From Zygnema circumcarinatum SAG 698-1b (taxonomy: Eukaryota; Plantae; Zygnematophyceae), in assembly GCA_037447605.1 (NCBI GenBank), contig CM074810.1:2142880-2206879 (forward strand): a DNA stretch of 64,000 nucleotides. The letters are read 5' to 3'. The notes beneath the pieces are model-generated. The model saw only the letters and a program-made list of their open reading frames with translations. It was not told where the DNA came from and searched no databases. Each line of letters starts with the position of its first letter. Positions within the stretch are counted from its first letter, which is position 1. The translations under genes and the position numbers were made by a program. Positions 9,859 through 24,124 of the stretch are shown one piece after another.

Positions 9859-12058
9859 TAGTCACGTTGATGGTTTCGTTTGTAGCAAGCAAGTTGCTGA
9901 AATAGTCAGCTTAGGAGAAGCTACAGGAAGGAGAGAATGCGTTTAGAGTTCTAGTCTTGACAGCTCGATGGAAAGAGTGCGAAAGAAGGCTAGATTAACG
10001 ACATTGGAATTGGCGCTGTTTTGAGAGACTCGGCTCAAGGGAGTCAAGGTCCAACAGCGTGGAGGTGGTGCATTGAGTTGCACACATTCGAGGTGACCCA
10101 ACTCAGCGGAGTTGGAGGTGGCAGCGTGAGGGACGCACAAGCAAGGGTGGACTTACCCTTCGGAAGCTTGTATGCTCGGATATGTCGAAGGCGAAATTGC
10201 TTCATCGAAGGATTCGAGAGGAGAACTTGACGGCACTTCGAGAAGTGGAGAGGGGCTCCAGTGCCATATCGAGATTGCCATGGTATGTGGAGGGGATGAC
10301 CCTTCAAGCACACTCTTGGGATTAGAGACTAGCTTTGGAGTTAGAGACTAATGAACTAGAATCTTCACATTGGTTGTGGGAGAGGCTAGGAGAGGTGCTG
10401 GGTGGCAAGGAGTGCCACAAATGGAAAGAGTTCACTTCAAATGCGTTTGTAGTGAAGGAGGCCCAAGATCTAGGGTCTAGGAGAGAGAGCTGCCCAAGGA
10501 ACCATTGCTTAAATCGACTAGTCTGGTGGGTGGTAGTAGAATTGATAAGTATAAGATGTTAGTGATGGGCCACTAAGGGAGGAGTTTGAGGGAATTCCCA
10601 AGGAGTAGTGGAGGAATCAATTCCGGAGGTAGGAAGGTGCAACTTCCTATGAGGAGTCTACTTCCGCGAGGAGGTAGATGTAGCAAGGTAGAGTGGATAG
10701 AGTCCAAGGAATTGACAACCATTCAAGGAGGGGCAAGGCTGAAGTCGGACAAGGAGGATTCCACTCCAAGTCGACATTTTGGAGCCGTGAGCTCGTGGAG
10801 ATCACATTGCTAACGGACTTGCAGGGCTTATCTTGTGGAGGGATCATTTGGATCCAAGGAGACAGCGTGGTGGCTCAAGTGTGTCCAGACGTGGACGGAA
10901 TCTTTGTTTGAAGAGTTTGCTGGGAGTGCACGCCTAGTTTACTCGGGAACAAGATAGTGACCTTTTNNNNNNNNNNTTACACTCTTGGAGAAATTGACAC
11001 GCAATGAAGAAAGTGTCAAGCAGGGTTTGTAGGACCCTGATAAAGGAAGAGGAACATCCGGTTTGCCAGCTCATTGATGGAGTAAGTGAGCAGAATTGAG
11101 ACCCCAAAGGTGGAGTACAAGAGGAGGGTGCCAAGATGTCGAAGCTAGAGTTGGCTTTGGAGGACCAGTTTTTGTACAGGTAGGCTGTTTAGCTTAAGAG
11201 GGGGTAGGCAAGGTGTTCAGATTCGACCTTGGCAGATGGTGCTGAGGAGAGATTGTCCATGGTGGACATATGAGTAGAGATTGTCCATGGGGGACATGTG
11301 AGTTCATAGTGTGAGGTCCCAGGATCGTGAAGAGGAAGTTGTTGATGAAGATGGCACTTCATTTGGGAGGAGGCCTACAACAAAGTGGCAAGGTACCACC
11401 AGGAGGATTCAAGGGACAGATATGAACGACCTCATGTTTATGAGGGGGTGAGCGGCAATGGAGAAGACGACTCCATGGATATGTGAGTTGGGAGGAGAAG
11501 ATGGGACTTCTCAGGTTTACCTTGGAGGATGACTCGTTGTAGAGTTCAAAGGTTGAAGGTTCCCACCACATTGTTGACAAGCTGTCAACTACGCTCAAGG
11601 AGATTTTGATGTGCAACGATTGCACATGCGAAGTGAATACCATCTATTGGAAGAGGTGGCCCGGGGGAGAGTGCAATGGCTGTTGCATTCACGGTGGAAT
11701 CAATTCAAGGGAATTGATGTGCAAGCGGCAAGGTATGCCTACTTAGTTGTTACTAAGCTTAGGGTGCCATGTTCGTATAGCTTGCAAGGAACTTACGTAC
11801 CAAGAGGGGGATTGTTGATGTATAGGTACATCATGGTGTTGGTACTTAGTTCCTAGCATGAATGTTGTCTGTGAGATCATGTGTTGATGTAGGGACAATG
11901 TCATGCATGAATGGTCATGTTTGGTATAGGACCAAACATGGGGGATGCCCAAAGTGTTAGGGCATGGTACGGAAGGTCTAGGGAAGGTCTAGGGCTTAGG
12001 CTTAGACCGTACCAAAAGGGGTGCGCTGGATGCGCATTAATTGGTCTGGAGCGCGACT
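9859..12058 (+). mobile_element. Highly degenerate copia pol (IN/RT/RNase H remnants), polypurine tract (PPT) and start of the 3' LTR at 11813
   Basis: Remnants resembling the copia RT YVDD region (~10860-10910) and RNase H RTKHIDVRYH region (~11600-11690). AAGAGGGGGAT PPT precedes TGTTGATGTATAGG; the same LTR family occurs at 23578, 24125 and reversed at 26513. Confidence 0.7.
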
Positions 12059-12068
12059 NNNNNNNNNN

Positions 12069-14830
12069 CGCACACCTTCGAATGCATCCTGGCATTCAGG
12101 GGTCCATGTAAAGGGGACACCGGAACGTGTCAAATTAGTCAAGGGGGTAACCAGTTTACTAAACCCTTGGATGAACTTACGAAAATAATTCGCAAAGCCC
12201 AGAAAAGACCTCAACTGGTGCAGGTCAGTCGGTGGCGCCCAAGTTTCTACCGCGGAAACTTTGGCAGGATCAGGTCGAAGACCCTGATCATTGAGGATAT
12301 GCCCAAGATAAAGCAACTCACGTTGCATGAAGTGACACTTCTTCCTCTTGGCATAAAACTGGTGTTTCCTTAGGGTCTCAAACACTTTCCGAACGTGTTC
12401 AAGATGTGCCTCCTCCGTCTTACTGAAGACAAGGATATCATCGAGGTAAACCAAAACAAACTCATCCATGCCTATGAACATCTCGTTCATGGCCCGGCTT
12501 GGAAAAGTTCTTTGGGCACAGTCAATCGAAAGGGCAACACCTTACTTATATTGGGAAATGACCAATGTCCGGAGCGCAGTTTTTGGCATTTTATCACGAC
12601 TTAATTGACGCGGATCTGATGATACCACGAGCGAGATCAGGTGATGTGAACACTTTGGCCTTGAAGTGAAGACGATCAACGGATCATACGATGCGTGGTA
12701 AAACAAATCCCGATTCTTTACGGTGATCTTGTTGAGTGCCCGCGATAATCCCGATGCATCACTCCAGCGAGCCATCTTTCTTGCCCGACAAACAAGATGG
12801 GCACAAAAGGAGCTTTTGGTACGCGGGCTCCCATCCATTACTTGTCCGCACGTAAGTTGCCAATTGCTTTACGCATCCTCGGTTTTTCTTTTGGGCTTAA
12901 CGATAAAATCGGCCAAAGTGACTTTTGCTTTCGAGCTCAAGAGGAGTTGTGTGCCCCACCCCTCACCGATGGTGGCGGCCCTCTTGGAAGGTCGCCGGGG
13001 AAGGCGTCCACTGGCAGATTCATCCAGCGAGAGGTTGGATGCGGGGGATGGAACGGCCGAGAGCACATCAGGTGGATGTGATCTGCCAGTCCTGATCTTC
13101 GTCATGAACATCCTCAGTGGCTGTCATGACATGCACCATGAACAAGGTGCATCCCTCCTTAACTGCTTTGGCCAATTGCATAGCTGAGCACAGATAAGGA
13201 GTAGCAGGCTGCTTGACAGCAGAGGATGTGGCTCTGCCAGGGTGCAGGGTAAGCCGCCTGCCACCCGGTGTCGCGAGGTCACGATGTGGAGACGAAAAGT
13301 CCATTTGTGCCTTGACCATGGTTAACCAAGCACTCCCCAAAAATAACGCTTATGTCAGTTCGAGGGCGGTTGTGTTAGAAGACACTTGGCGCGAGGAGTA
13401 GAAGAATGAGCTTGATGCTTGGTGTAGCGCTACGAGAGATCTGGCCCTGCGTCCATCCCGAAAGTAACACTTCCAGGAGAATGGGGATTTGTGGTGGCTT
13501 AAACCTACGGGTGAGCCTTGAGAACTAACAAAGTTAGCATACACTTGTTTCAGCGGGGAAGAAGCTGGCGGGTGGCCATTTTGTACGACCCGGCGAAGGT
13601 CATAGCCACGATGGGCAAGGTGGAACATAGATTGCACTATATCACGAGAAGGTTGGGCCAGTAGTCCTCCACACACCAATGTGTGGGCCCAGAGCCAACC
13701 CGGCAAGCTGGTGGATCCTTCCATCTCTTGCACCAGGTATTGCCCTTTCTCCAAGCTGTGTCACCAACGCCAGAGTGGCCCATTTGGGAAAGGGATGCTG
13801 ACGCCGTAATGGCGAGGAACCCGGCCACGTGCGGCTTATGAAAGGATATGGGAGGTGGCGTACAAAACATCCATGGCACATTGCGTGAGAACATCGCCAG
13901 CCCGGCGTGATGTGAGGGATAAAGACATGCGATCACCATTCATGCTACATCCAACTAAGCCCAAAAGTCAACTACGATGGCGAGGGGAGAGGAAATGGAA
14001 ACGAGGGTGCATCACAAGAGATAAACATTCCCAAAGGTCTGCCAAACAATTTAAGAATGTCCAGGAGTTACAGAAACAAATGTCCCTAGTCACGGTGTGA
14101 TCTCCATTCCTCCCCTAACCTAACTGTCCACCGGCAAGCGACCCCTAAGGCTGGCGGTGGGTTGAGAGACTCGGCCTTGCCCCTTCTGTCCTTGGCGTTC
14201 CAGGGCGATGGGTTTTCCAGCCCTTTAGTGGCGGGGCACACTTGTTCCTCGCTCCTCCCGGCCCCTACTCACAGGTCAACCTGCTTGGCCCGTCAGAGTG
14301 GGTGGCGGGCGGCAACCCATTTGCCAGCTTGTTCCCTTCTGCCATGCTTGGCGAGGCGAATCGCCTTACCACGACCACATCCGCGTCGCCCGGAAACTGC
14401 AGGGGGTCGGGGAAGGGGCCTACATACTTCTTGAGGCGGTGTCCAGCGAATAGGCGCATCAAAGTACATTTCCAGTGTGAGGGTCAGTTTGCGGTCCAGG
14501 TAGGTTGAGTAAAATCAAGCTGCTTCCCTTAGGTGTGGCTTCAAGCCATTCTGAAGTGGAAAAAGAACTCAGCATCCGGGGCTTGTGAGTGGTGATTTGA
14601 GGCACCACTTGACGCAGGTCTCGCAGAAACTGCTTGACACTGCCGGTTTGGACCATGTTCTGAAATTTATCCCGGGCCTCCAATCCGGGATCCAGGGCCC
14701 CAAAGTGTTTGATAAGTTCATCTCTGAACTTATTCCAATCGTCCCCAATCTCATCAGAGAGGCCCTCATACACACGGTATGCGGCTCCTCTGAGTGCTGG
14801 GTAAGCAAAGCTTACCCACTGGAGGGGGGG
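12069..14830 (-). mobile_element. Second, indel-rich copy of the same gypsy family (gag-PR-RT part), gap-bounded
   Basis: Reverse-complement match to ~2520-5200: [59 protein letters not shown]. Confidence 0.92.
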
Positions 14831-15466
14831 NNNNNNNNNNACTTGCCACGTCATATGTTGCCGCGACCAATCATGTCCCTCCACGTGTTGCGCCCTTATA
14901 CCTTGTAGACGCGCGCGCTTCGTACATTTCAAATCATCATCCGTACATCCGACGAAAAAAGGTCTGTATCTATTCTGAGAAGTGTGAAACAACATTTTTC
15001 GCCAAAAAAAACCTTTTTGCTGCCCCGCGAAATCGTACACTACATTCAGAATAAAGTACACTGTAAATAGTCGCCCCCTATTTCTTTTCGAATAACATAA
15101 AAACAATTTGAAATGCAAGTCTTTTTTTTTTCGCCGCCCGGCGACGCCGTGGTCCGTCGGCTGCCACCTCATTGCGCAGCGTCCTCTGATTGGTCTCCCT
15201 GAGATTCCGCCTCGTCATCCCTATATCCGGTCGGTCGTGGTCTCCCGTCACTGCCGCGGCAACAACGAGCTGCTTTCGCGGCCGAGCGGGGACGCGTTCG
15301 ACGACGACAAAGACTGTACGGAAGACAAAACTCAGTCTCTGACAGAATCGCGCGCTATTTGACAAACCGCGTTGACCAAAGAGAGTTACCTGGAAAGTAC
15401 CTGGCTACACTGTTGACTTCAATCTCCCTACATAAACTCCGCCTCCCTCTCCCTCTCACGCACTCC

Positions 15467-15501
<35 letters not shown>

Positions 15502-15817
15502 CCCACGCACCCATCTTTGCTTTATCTCTCTCTATCTCTCTCTTTCTCTCTCTCTTTCCCCCTTTCACTCTCTCAGTCTCCCTCTCTACCCGTGGACTCC
15601 CAACGTAATTATCGCCATCGTTGTCATCATCTTCCTCTCCTTTCTGACTGCTTTCCTTCAAAACTCCGCATTATATGGAGTGGCTGCAGCGGATTTTTCT
15701 CCAGATGATTTCGGCGCCTCCATAATTATCTTACTTCTGGAAATCTGCACCACGCTCCTATTTTTGTATTCGCTTATTCCCCTCTTCAGGTATAAAATAC
15801 TGAAAAATAATGTAAAC

Positions 15818-18800
15818 TGTTGGTGCAGCGGCCTCCGTGCGAGGTGTTGCCACTTCTCCTCTGCCCTCGGTAGAGCTCGACATCTTCAATGACTTGATCA
15901 ACCACACTCCTCAAGGATGTAGACACACACACAAGTCTGAATGNNNNNNNNNNCTTCGTTGTATGGTAGTGTCACGGATGTTGTGACATAGTATATAGTG
16001 TGTTGTTTTGTTTGGTTGTTAATCTTTAACTTCTGATTATCAACGTAGCTATTGTAGACTCTGAGAAGCTGATGCTCGTGTTGCTGAACATTACACTTGC
16101 TTGTGCTGCGAGGTAGTGGGCTTTTGAGTTTATTGGGCTATTTGAGAGGGGGTCTCTCATTTTGTGTTGATAAGATTATTATTAAGGAGTTTTAGAGCCG
16201 AGAGCTTTCTCCTATCCTTTTCTCTCTGTTATTCCGCTGTGCATATTCTGAGAGGTTCACTCTGTGAGTAAAATGGGCTATGAGTGAATGTGAGAGTTTG
16301 GGAAATGTCATCATCGATTGGAACGCGAACTCCGATGGAAGGTGATGCGAGTGGAGAAGCCGGCAGCAGTGGAGGAGTCCCTGCACCAACAAGTGGTATC
16401 AGAGCTCATGGAGACTCGGAGGACCACGTCAAGTTCAGCATACCGGCGTTCGATGGGCAGGATTACAAAGCGTGGAGATGGAGGTTGGTGCCTTTGCTTG
16501 TGGGCAAAGGGTTGCTTGGGTACGTTGATGGCAGCATCAAGGCGCCGGAGTTACCGGTTGGAGCCTCAGCGGAGCAGCAGTCGGAGCACGACGTGGCGCT
16601 CGCACGATGGAAGGCCAAGGACAACAAAGCCCTGACGCAGATTGTTATAGTAAGAGAGTCCATCCTCTATCTTTGTATGATCTATGAAAACCTCATGCTA
16701 TGTGGGAAGTGTCTAGAGGAGATGTATGAGTGTGAAGAGAACAATGTGACTATATGATGGAGTCTTTTACACTCAGCTGAGCAAGATGAAGATGACTTCA
16801 GAGGAACTTGAAGCTTATATGGTCAGATTTGATGCATTGATGGAGAGGTTCATAAATTTTAGGGAAACCGCGTTAGATGCGCACTACAAGATAAGCCGGG
16901 CCAGTGGGGTTTGCCCGAGATTCGAAGCTCTCAGCGGCGTTTCGAGGACGCTTCTGACCAATGGTTTCTATGACGCCAACGTTGCCGTAGGATAAAGGAG
17001 GAGGATTCAATTCAGGATGTCGGCGGCCAAGAAGAGAAGGTGCTCGCGTTGCACACTCGACCGAATCGAAGAGGAGGAGGCGCCCCGAAGTCAGCCCGAG
17101 GAGAACGCTCGAATGTGACATGCTTCACATGTGGCAAGACCGTCACTACTTCCGACTGCTAAGAACAAGGGCAGCCCCGAGAGGAGGAAACGCTGACTTC
17201 ATCCGCAAGAAGGAAGGTTATGGTTTCACCGCACTTGTTTGGGTGCAAGAAGAAAGGTCACAAGAGTTCGATCAAGTAAGGTAGTAGAAGTTGAAAGAAC
17301 CTCAAGGCCGGCAGAGAATACCGAGCACCCATTTTGTGGGAAGGATTCAGCAGAGACTGCCGCCGTGGCCGATTGACTCCGCCTATCCATAGCGCGCGAG
17401 ACACATCATCATCGGGTGTTCTCCAAGCTCGACGTCTTGGAGAAGACGCGCTCAGTTCATTCAGCAACCGGTGAAGGAGTTACCGTGACGAGAGGTGGAG
17501 CCGTGAGGATGGTCCTCGGAGACGGCTCAGTCATCAATGAAGAAGACGTTCAGGAGAAACTGCACATTGGTGATGTTCTTCACACCCCTGGCCTCATGCA
17601 GAATTTCATGTCTGTGAGCCAAGTGTGCAAGAAGGGATACAGTGTTCTGTTTGAGGAGAAGTCATGCGTGGCTATCCACTCAGAAACTGGGAGACAGCTG
17701 TTCAGGGGTTATGAGAGAGGAGGGCTGTATTATCTTGATTATAAGAGGGAGAATCATGAGGANNNNNNNNNNGGGATTGACTACATGGAGACATTCGCTC
17801 CGGTGGTAAAGTTCAATTCCTTGAGAGCCTTGATTTCCATTGCAGCGGCTGAAGGAATGCACGTCCATCAATTGGACATCAAGACGACATTTCTGTATGG
17901 TGATCTCATAGAAGAGATTTACATGGAGCAGCCGGAGGGGAAGGTCGTCCCCGAGAAGGAGCACCTAGTCTGTTGACTAGTGAAGAGCCTGTACGGCTTG
18001 AAGCAGGTGCCGAGAGTGTAGTACGAAAAGATCGATGATCTTTTGAGGAGGAATGATTTTGTGAGATTCGAAATAGATCATTCGATGTACCTTCAAGGAG
18101 AGGGGGCAGACATCATGTTCGTAGGAATCTATGTGGACGATCTGATCATGGTGAGCCTCTCCCTTGAAAGAATCAGATCTTTGAAAGAGTTGCTTCAGGC
18201 AAATTTCAAAATGTCAGATCTGGGAGAGGCGCAGTATCTGCTGGGAATGCAGCTGAAGAGGGGGCAGGATGGAAGCTTGTTTCTATGTCAAAGGAAGTAT
18301 GCTTCAGATGTGCTTGCCCGTTTTCGAATGGAGGACGCCAGGCCATGCTCCAGCCCCATGGAGATCGGCACTAGGCTATCGAAGGAGATGTCACCTTTGT
18401 CGGATGCGGAGGCACAGAAGATGTTCGGAGTGCCATACAGATCCGCGATTGGGAGTCTAATGTACTTGATGATCGGAACGCGTCCGGACTTGGCGAAAGC
18501 AGTGAGCTCGGCCAGCCAATTCATGGAGAATCCGGGCCTCGAACATTGGGAGGCGGTGAAGAGGATTTTCAGATATGTGAAGGGGACGCTCGATTATAGG
18601 ATCAGGTATGAGAGGGGGCCAACCAGAGTGATTGGTTATACAGACTCAGATTGGGGAGGAGATGTCGATACGTCACGCTCGACTTCGGGGTTCGTTTACT
18701 TGAATGGAGGAGGAGCGAATTTGTGGAGTTCCAAGTTGCAGGACTCGGTGGCGTTATCGAGCACGGAGGGCGAGTACATGGGTACTTGTCATGCTTCGAA

Positions 18801-21800
18801 GGAAGGAGTGTGGTTCATGCAGTTCTTTGAAGAATGCAAGAGGGACCAACGACCGATTACCTTGTTTACCGACAATCAATCGTCGATTGCCCTGGTGGGA
18901 AACCCTATGTTCCACAAGTGGACCAAGCACATTCGGGTGCAGTACCATTACGTACGAGAGTTGGTCGAGGAGGGCTTGATTGAGGTGAAGTTCGTAGGCA
19001 CCAAGGAGCAAGCCGCAGATATGCTAACAAAGGGGGTTAGTGGGGAAACACTCTTAGTCAACGGGAGGTTGATTGGGCTAGGGCCCGCGCAAAACTAGAA
19101 GTTCCAAAGAGGGGGATTGTTAGTGTATGATAGTTAGCATGCTTTTGTTGGAACATTAGTTTTGTGTGTTTGTGTTGTGTGTTTCCTTGGCGGCGGTGTG
19201 CGCCTAAGTTACTAGGCGGCGGTACGAACATTTGGTCGGTGAAAGAGGCGCGGCGCGACGGAGTCAGAAGTGACGAGGCGCGACGCGACGAATCGAAAGT
19301 GACGTGATACGGACGCACAAGGAGCGAATTGAAGAATCAAGGCTGACAATCTAAGCGGGCTGACCTAAGTGACGCTGGGCGCCAAGGCCAACCTTTGATT
19401 GAACGATTCGACTTGACGCCGAGCGCGCGCCAAAATGTCGGGCGCGATTCATCATTGTACCTGAGGGCGCCGATGTCGGTGGCCCTGGGCGACGACGCTG
19501 AGTTTCCGACGCTATCATCAATCGCGGAGGCGGGTCAGATCCTACGCAAAGACGGATTAGCTTAGAGGCCGAAGTCGATCCGAATGGAGGAAACGACGGA
19601 TCCGTGGTGAGCCGACGAGGAGCCTACTGCGCAGCATGAGGATCGGCATAGGGCCTTTGCGGTCCTCTAGCCGATGTTGTGAGCATCGATGTAAGGTAGT
19701 GTCACGGATGTTGTGACATAGTATATAGTGTGTTGTTTTGCTCGTTGTTAATCTTAACTTCGATATCAACGTAGCTATTGTAGACTCTGAGAAGCTGAGG
19801 CTCGTGTTGCTTAACATTACACTTGCTTGTGTCTGCGAGGTAGTGGGCTTTTGAGTTTATTGGGCTATTTGAGAGGGGGTCTCTCAATTGTGTTGATAAG
19901 ATTATTATTAAGGAGTTTGTACGTAGAGCTTTCTCCCTATCCTTTTCTCTCATATTCCACAGTATTCTCGAGAGGCTCACTGGTGGAGTAAAATGGGCTA
20001 TGAGTGAATGTGAGAGTTTGGGAAATGTCATCATCGATTGGAACGCGAACTCCGATGGAAGGTGATGAGAGTGGAGAAGCCGGCAGCAGTGGAGGAGTCC
20101 CTGCACCAACACAACAAGCCCTTGTTCTCGGCCTCCTTGGAGCTCACTAACTCTGAGTGAACCTGGAATTCGCACACATTCTCACCACCACTAATGTCCA
20201 CCCTTTTGGTGATGGGTCTTTCAACCCCCTTAGCCTGGCTATCTGAAATGTAATTCACGAAATTATCCCCTGCTCCCCTTAGCCTCATTGCTTGCTCTAG
20301 CATCCCCTTACCTCCTCCAAGCTGTTCTGGATCTACCTTATGGTGAATGGGTTCTCCTACAGGGTCCTTGGCGGGACTGCTCAGCCCTTGAGCCCCCTTC
20401 CACTCTAGAAAGTAAAGCCCACCTTGCTGAATTCCCTTGCACAAGACCTAACCTGTCTCTTTGTGAATAACCTCACAACTACCCTTCTCAAACCATACTC
20501 CATAGTCCTCTTCACACAGCTGACTAACAGAGAGGAAATTAACTGTAATCCTGAGTATGCAAAGACGCTACCACCTGACAACCCTTCATAAGGCTTCTCT
20601 CCCCCGAAAGCACCTCCAACCCGGACGTTCCACTCCCCTTTGGCGCCACCATGACCCCCTCGGTCTCGCCGCCGAAAGTGTAATCGAGCGGTTCCCTCCA
20701 AAGTCTCCGCCGCAAAGAGTGAGTCGCCCACTCATTACGTGCCTCGCTAAGCACCTACCCAATCACCTGCTCTCACCGAATCAACTCTAACACACCCAAC
20801 TTAATCCCGTCATCACTTCCCCAATCTGTGAACATCAAATTCGTCTCGTGAGTCCTCTTGCGATCATCTCTGGGATACCTGCCATCACCCCCCCTCCCTT
20901 CTTGCTCCTTCGAAGCATCTCCATTCGAGGGTGAACCGCCTCTCTGAAATTCGGGGCAGTTCCTCTTGAAGTGACCGGGCTTCCCACAATAGTAGCAAGT
21001 CTTCTGAGTCTTTAGCTCTCCACCATCTCCTCGCCGCGCTTTTAACCCCTTGTCGCTTCCTTCGTATGGGCGCGCCGCGTTTGGCTACACCTTCTCTCAA
21101 TCCTGACTGCTCGCTTCTTGTCTCAAGACCATCCTCCTCTATCACTCTCCTTTTGACCTGCTCAAAGGTCATCTTTGCTGTAGAAAGCTGAGTGCGTAAG
21201 GCAGTGCAAGCAGGGTCAAATCTGTCCGGTAAGCCTCCTAGGAACAGACTAATCTTGTGATCCAAGTGAAGGGACTGTTTCATCCCATCAAACTTTTGCA
21301 TCAGATTATCAAATTTGATCACATAGTCTTTAAGATCCTCCCCTGATTCCAAGCTGAGTTTTCCTAGCTCCGTGTAGAGATAAACTACAGTGGCGTTATC
21401 TACTACATCATAGATCTTCTCTAACGTATCCCACATCTCTCGAGCTGTCTTTAACTCTGAAATCAGATCTGTAGGGTCCTCACTAACGCCAGCACAAAGC
21501 AAGGTCCTAACTTTACAATCCTTCACCCTCCACTGCTCAAACTCTACAGGGTTGGTCTCTGAATCCGGGGCCACAGTGGAGCCATCCACATACCCCAACA
21601 GTCGCTTGTTCTCCAACACCGTGAGCATGCGAAACTTCCACCGCTTATAGTTCTTCCCATCGAAAGTCGGAATGGTAAACTTCACGTCGTCGACGCCTTC
21701 GGCTCAGATACCACTTGTTGGTGCAGCGGCCTCCATGCGAGGTGCTGCCACTTCTCCTCTGCCCTCGGTAGAGCTCGACATCTTCAATGACTTGATCAAC

Positions 21801-22789
21801 CACACTCCGCTAAGGATGTAGACAATAATAAAGTCTCAATGCAGCAGTAATCGCATCGAAAAGAGAAGATGGGCGAGAAAGCCTCCGCCCTTAAAAACTC
21901 CTAATATAAAGATGAATACAACTTGACAACTCTAGAGCCAAGCTTCAAGCACCTAAACTCAAGCTACGTGATTACACCACCCCACTACAAGCTGAACGCT
22001 TCCCACTATCTTCTAAGCCTAAAGCAAGATAGCCTCACTGCCTACGTGAGTCCCGAGAAGGTTAATTCCATCAAAACAGACCACCATCATATACAACAAT
22101 GGCCGTGTGACGTGACACAACTTGTCACGTTGCGTCCACCATTGCAAGCCCATGCACTATCTCAGTGGGCGCACTCAAGAATAATGCACTAGTGCGCCTC
22201 GTGAAACTCTGTAACACCCCACCTAGTTCTTGCCTATTCGCATCCGTCTCGCATGGGGCTTTGGTTGCCAGCTGTACTCCTTTAATGACTTTTTGTTCGT
22301 CGACATTTCGGCTGTGTGCCGATAAATCCGGACTCCACTTATATAAGGTAATCCACGCGGGCGCTGTCAAGGATTCGGGCCACATATTCCTTTTCGTCAA
22401 GCTGGGCGCCGGGCACTTTGCGCCTTCCTGATCCAGCCAAGTACCAAGGACTATCAAGTCGGGCAAGGTCTACATTCCCTCACATACACAGCACGCACTA
22501 ATCAGCTGCTGCTTGTCACCACAAGACTATTTGCCAAGACTTCCGGCCGGCCAAGGCTTCAGCATCTCGCGACCGCCGCTGACCATCTGGCGCCTGATGG
22601 CCGTATACACCCGCCTCCGCACACCTGTTTCGCCAGATCTTTAAAGGCCACGCCAAGACAATACCCCTCGGTGACTTGTACTATTGCTTAGGGCGTCCTG
22701 TACATGCATCTGGACTAGATACACCTCAAGAACTTAGTACCAAAACAACTTAGTGTATTTACAAGTTCCTAACTAGCCTAACACTAACA
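15818..22789 (-). mobile_element. Ty1/copia element (outer), 5' LTR 21716-22789, partial 3' LTR 15818-15943, TSD TAAAC
   Basis: TG...CA ends with TAAAC at 15813-15817 and 22790-22794. Near-identical LTR ends at 15818 and 21716. Reverse PBS (TGGTATCTGAGC) at 21702-21713. gag 21685-20885 with frameshifted CYYCGKPGHFKRNC; GGLYFL pre-integrase motif near 20420. Confidence 0.9.
15954..20111 (+). mobile_element. Ty1/copia element nested in the outer copia: partial 5' LTR to 16391, PBS 16394-16405, gag-pol 16.4-19.1 kb, PPT 19106-19116, 3' LTR 19118-20111
   Basis: Matching LTR ends (...GTCCCTGCACCAACA). RT motifs TFAPVVKFNSLR, QLDIKTTFLYG, YVDDLI. RNase H YTDSDWGGD, DNQSSIAL, TKHIRVQYHYVRE, ADMLTKG. 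The integrase falls in the gap at 17763. Confidence 0.93.
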
Positions 22790-24124
22790 TAAACTTTGGC
22801 GACAAGGTCCGGTTTCAGTCCGCTGTGGACCTAGTTTTGGGACTGACAACCATTCTGACCGCTATTCTTTTCGTTCACTAATTACATTTGCCGCTCGCGA
22901 AACGCACGCCTGGTGACGCCTCAAAGCCGCATGACCGCATCGGGCCACGGCCCTCCGTGAATGCCACATGCTCACATTCTCAACGCAGTGGCTACCGGCA
23001 TGTGCTACGTGACGCATCTCCCGCCCACGCCGGTAGCCGAAAGATACCGGCGATGTCGACCTTCTCTCCCCGCCTCTTCCTGACAACGCAGGTGTTCGAT
23101 TTGGCGGTGGGGCGTACACAAAGATGGGCGTGCCCCTTGTTCGGCAATGTCATTACTAAATTTGAAACTTCTACGTTGAGCACGGGCACTTCTGTGCTGT
23201 TGTCGGCAATATATCATTTCATCATTCAACTTCCCACATATTTTTATTATCCTTTCCTGATCATCGCTGGCTTATGATGGCAAGTGCCTGGATTTCAGAT
23301 GCTTAGCATCCTTAGCCGTATACGGATGCATTTTAATCCTTTCCTTGGTCCCAATACCCTTTTGCTTATATCTCGCATATGACGACACATCCCGTCGGGA
23401 TGAAATACGAGAGAACATGACGAGAATCCTCATTGAGGTGGTAGATAGTCACCTTAACTTGGCCGCCGATTGTGAGGCCGGGGCAGAAGAACAGAGTGAA
23501 GGGACGAGCTCCGTTGAGGGACTTCGCGAAGGGAGGGGTCGTAGCGGGCCAGCGGTGGAGCACGAGCGGGGAGAGAGTGTTGATGTATGGGGTACATGAA
23601 GGTGTTGGTACTTAGTTCCTAGCATGAATGTTGTCCGGGAGATCAATGTGCTGGTATAGGGACAATGTTATGCATGAATGGTCATGTTCGGTGTTGGACC
23701 GAACATGGGGGGTGCCCGTATCATTAGGGCACGGTACGGCAGGTCTAGGAATAGTCTAGGGTCGTAGGTTTGCGGCTTTGACTTAGATCAACCAGCGGGG
23801 CGCTGGAGCGCGCTTTGATCGTAAAATGATTTGGAGCGCGCACAGACGGGACGGGCGCCACGCAACGGGTTTCGGACGGCTGAAGTTTCATGACGCGACG
23901 GAAGCGCGGAGGCGGATTTGCGTGAAGCTTAATATGATTGGTCGCTGGGCCAAAGACGAAAACGCGGCGATCTCTGAGCGTGACGGACGAGGGTTCGCAA
24001 GAATGTGTCAAAGCTGAGAACTTGTGAGATATTTGGAGTGCGCTGATTGGTCGCAGCACGAGTGCGGAGTACGGAGCGCAAAGCGGCTGAGTGCGCCGCG
24101 AGTGCGCGGAGTACTGACGAGCGA

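Noticed and set aside
9859-14830. Extreme degeneracy read as great age of these TEs
   Set aside because: The indel-rich, gap-bounded blocks may reflect uncorrected read errors, so no age was inferred.
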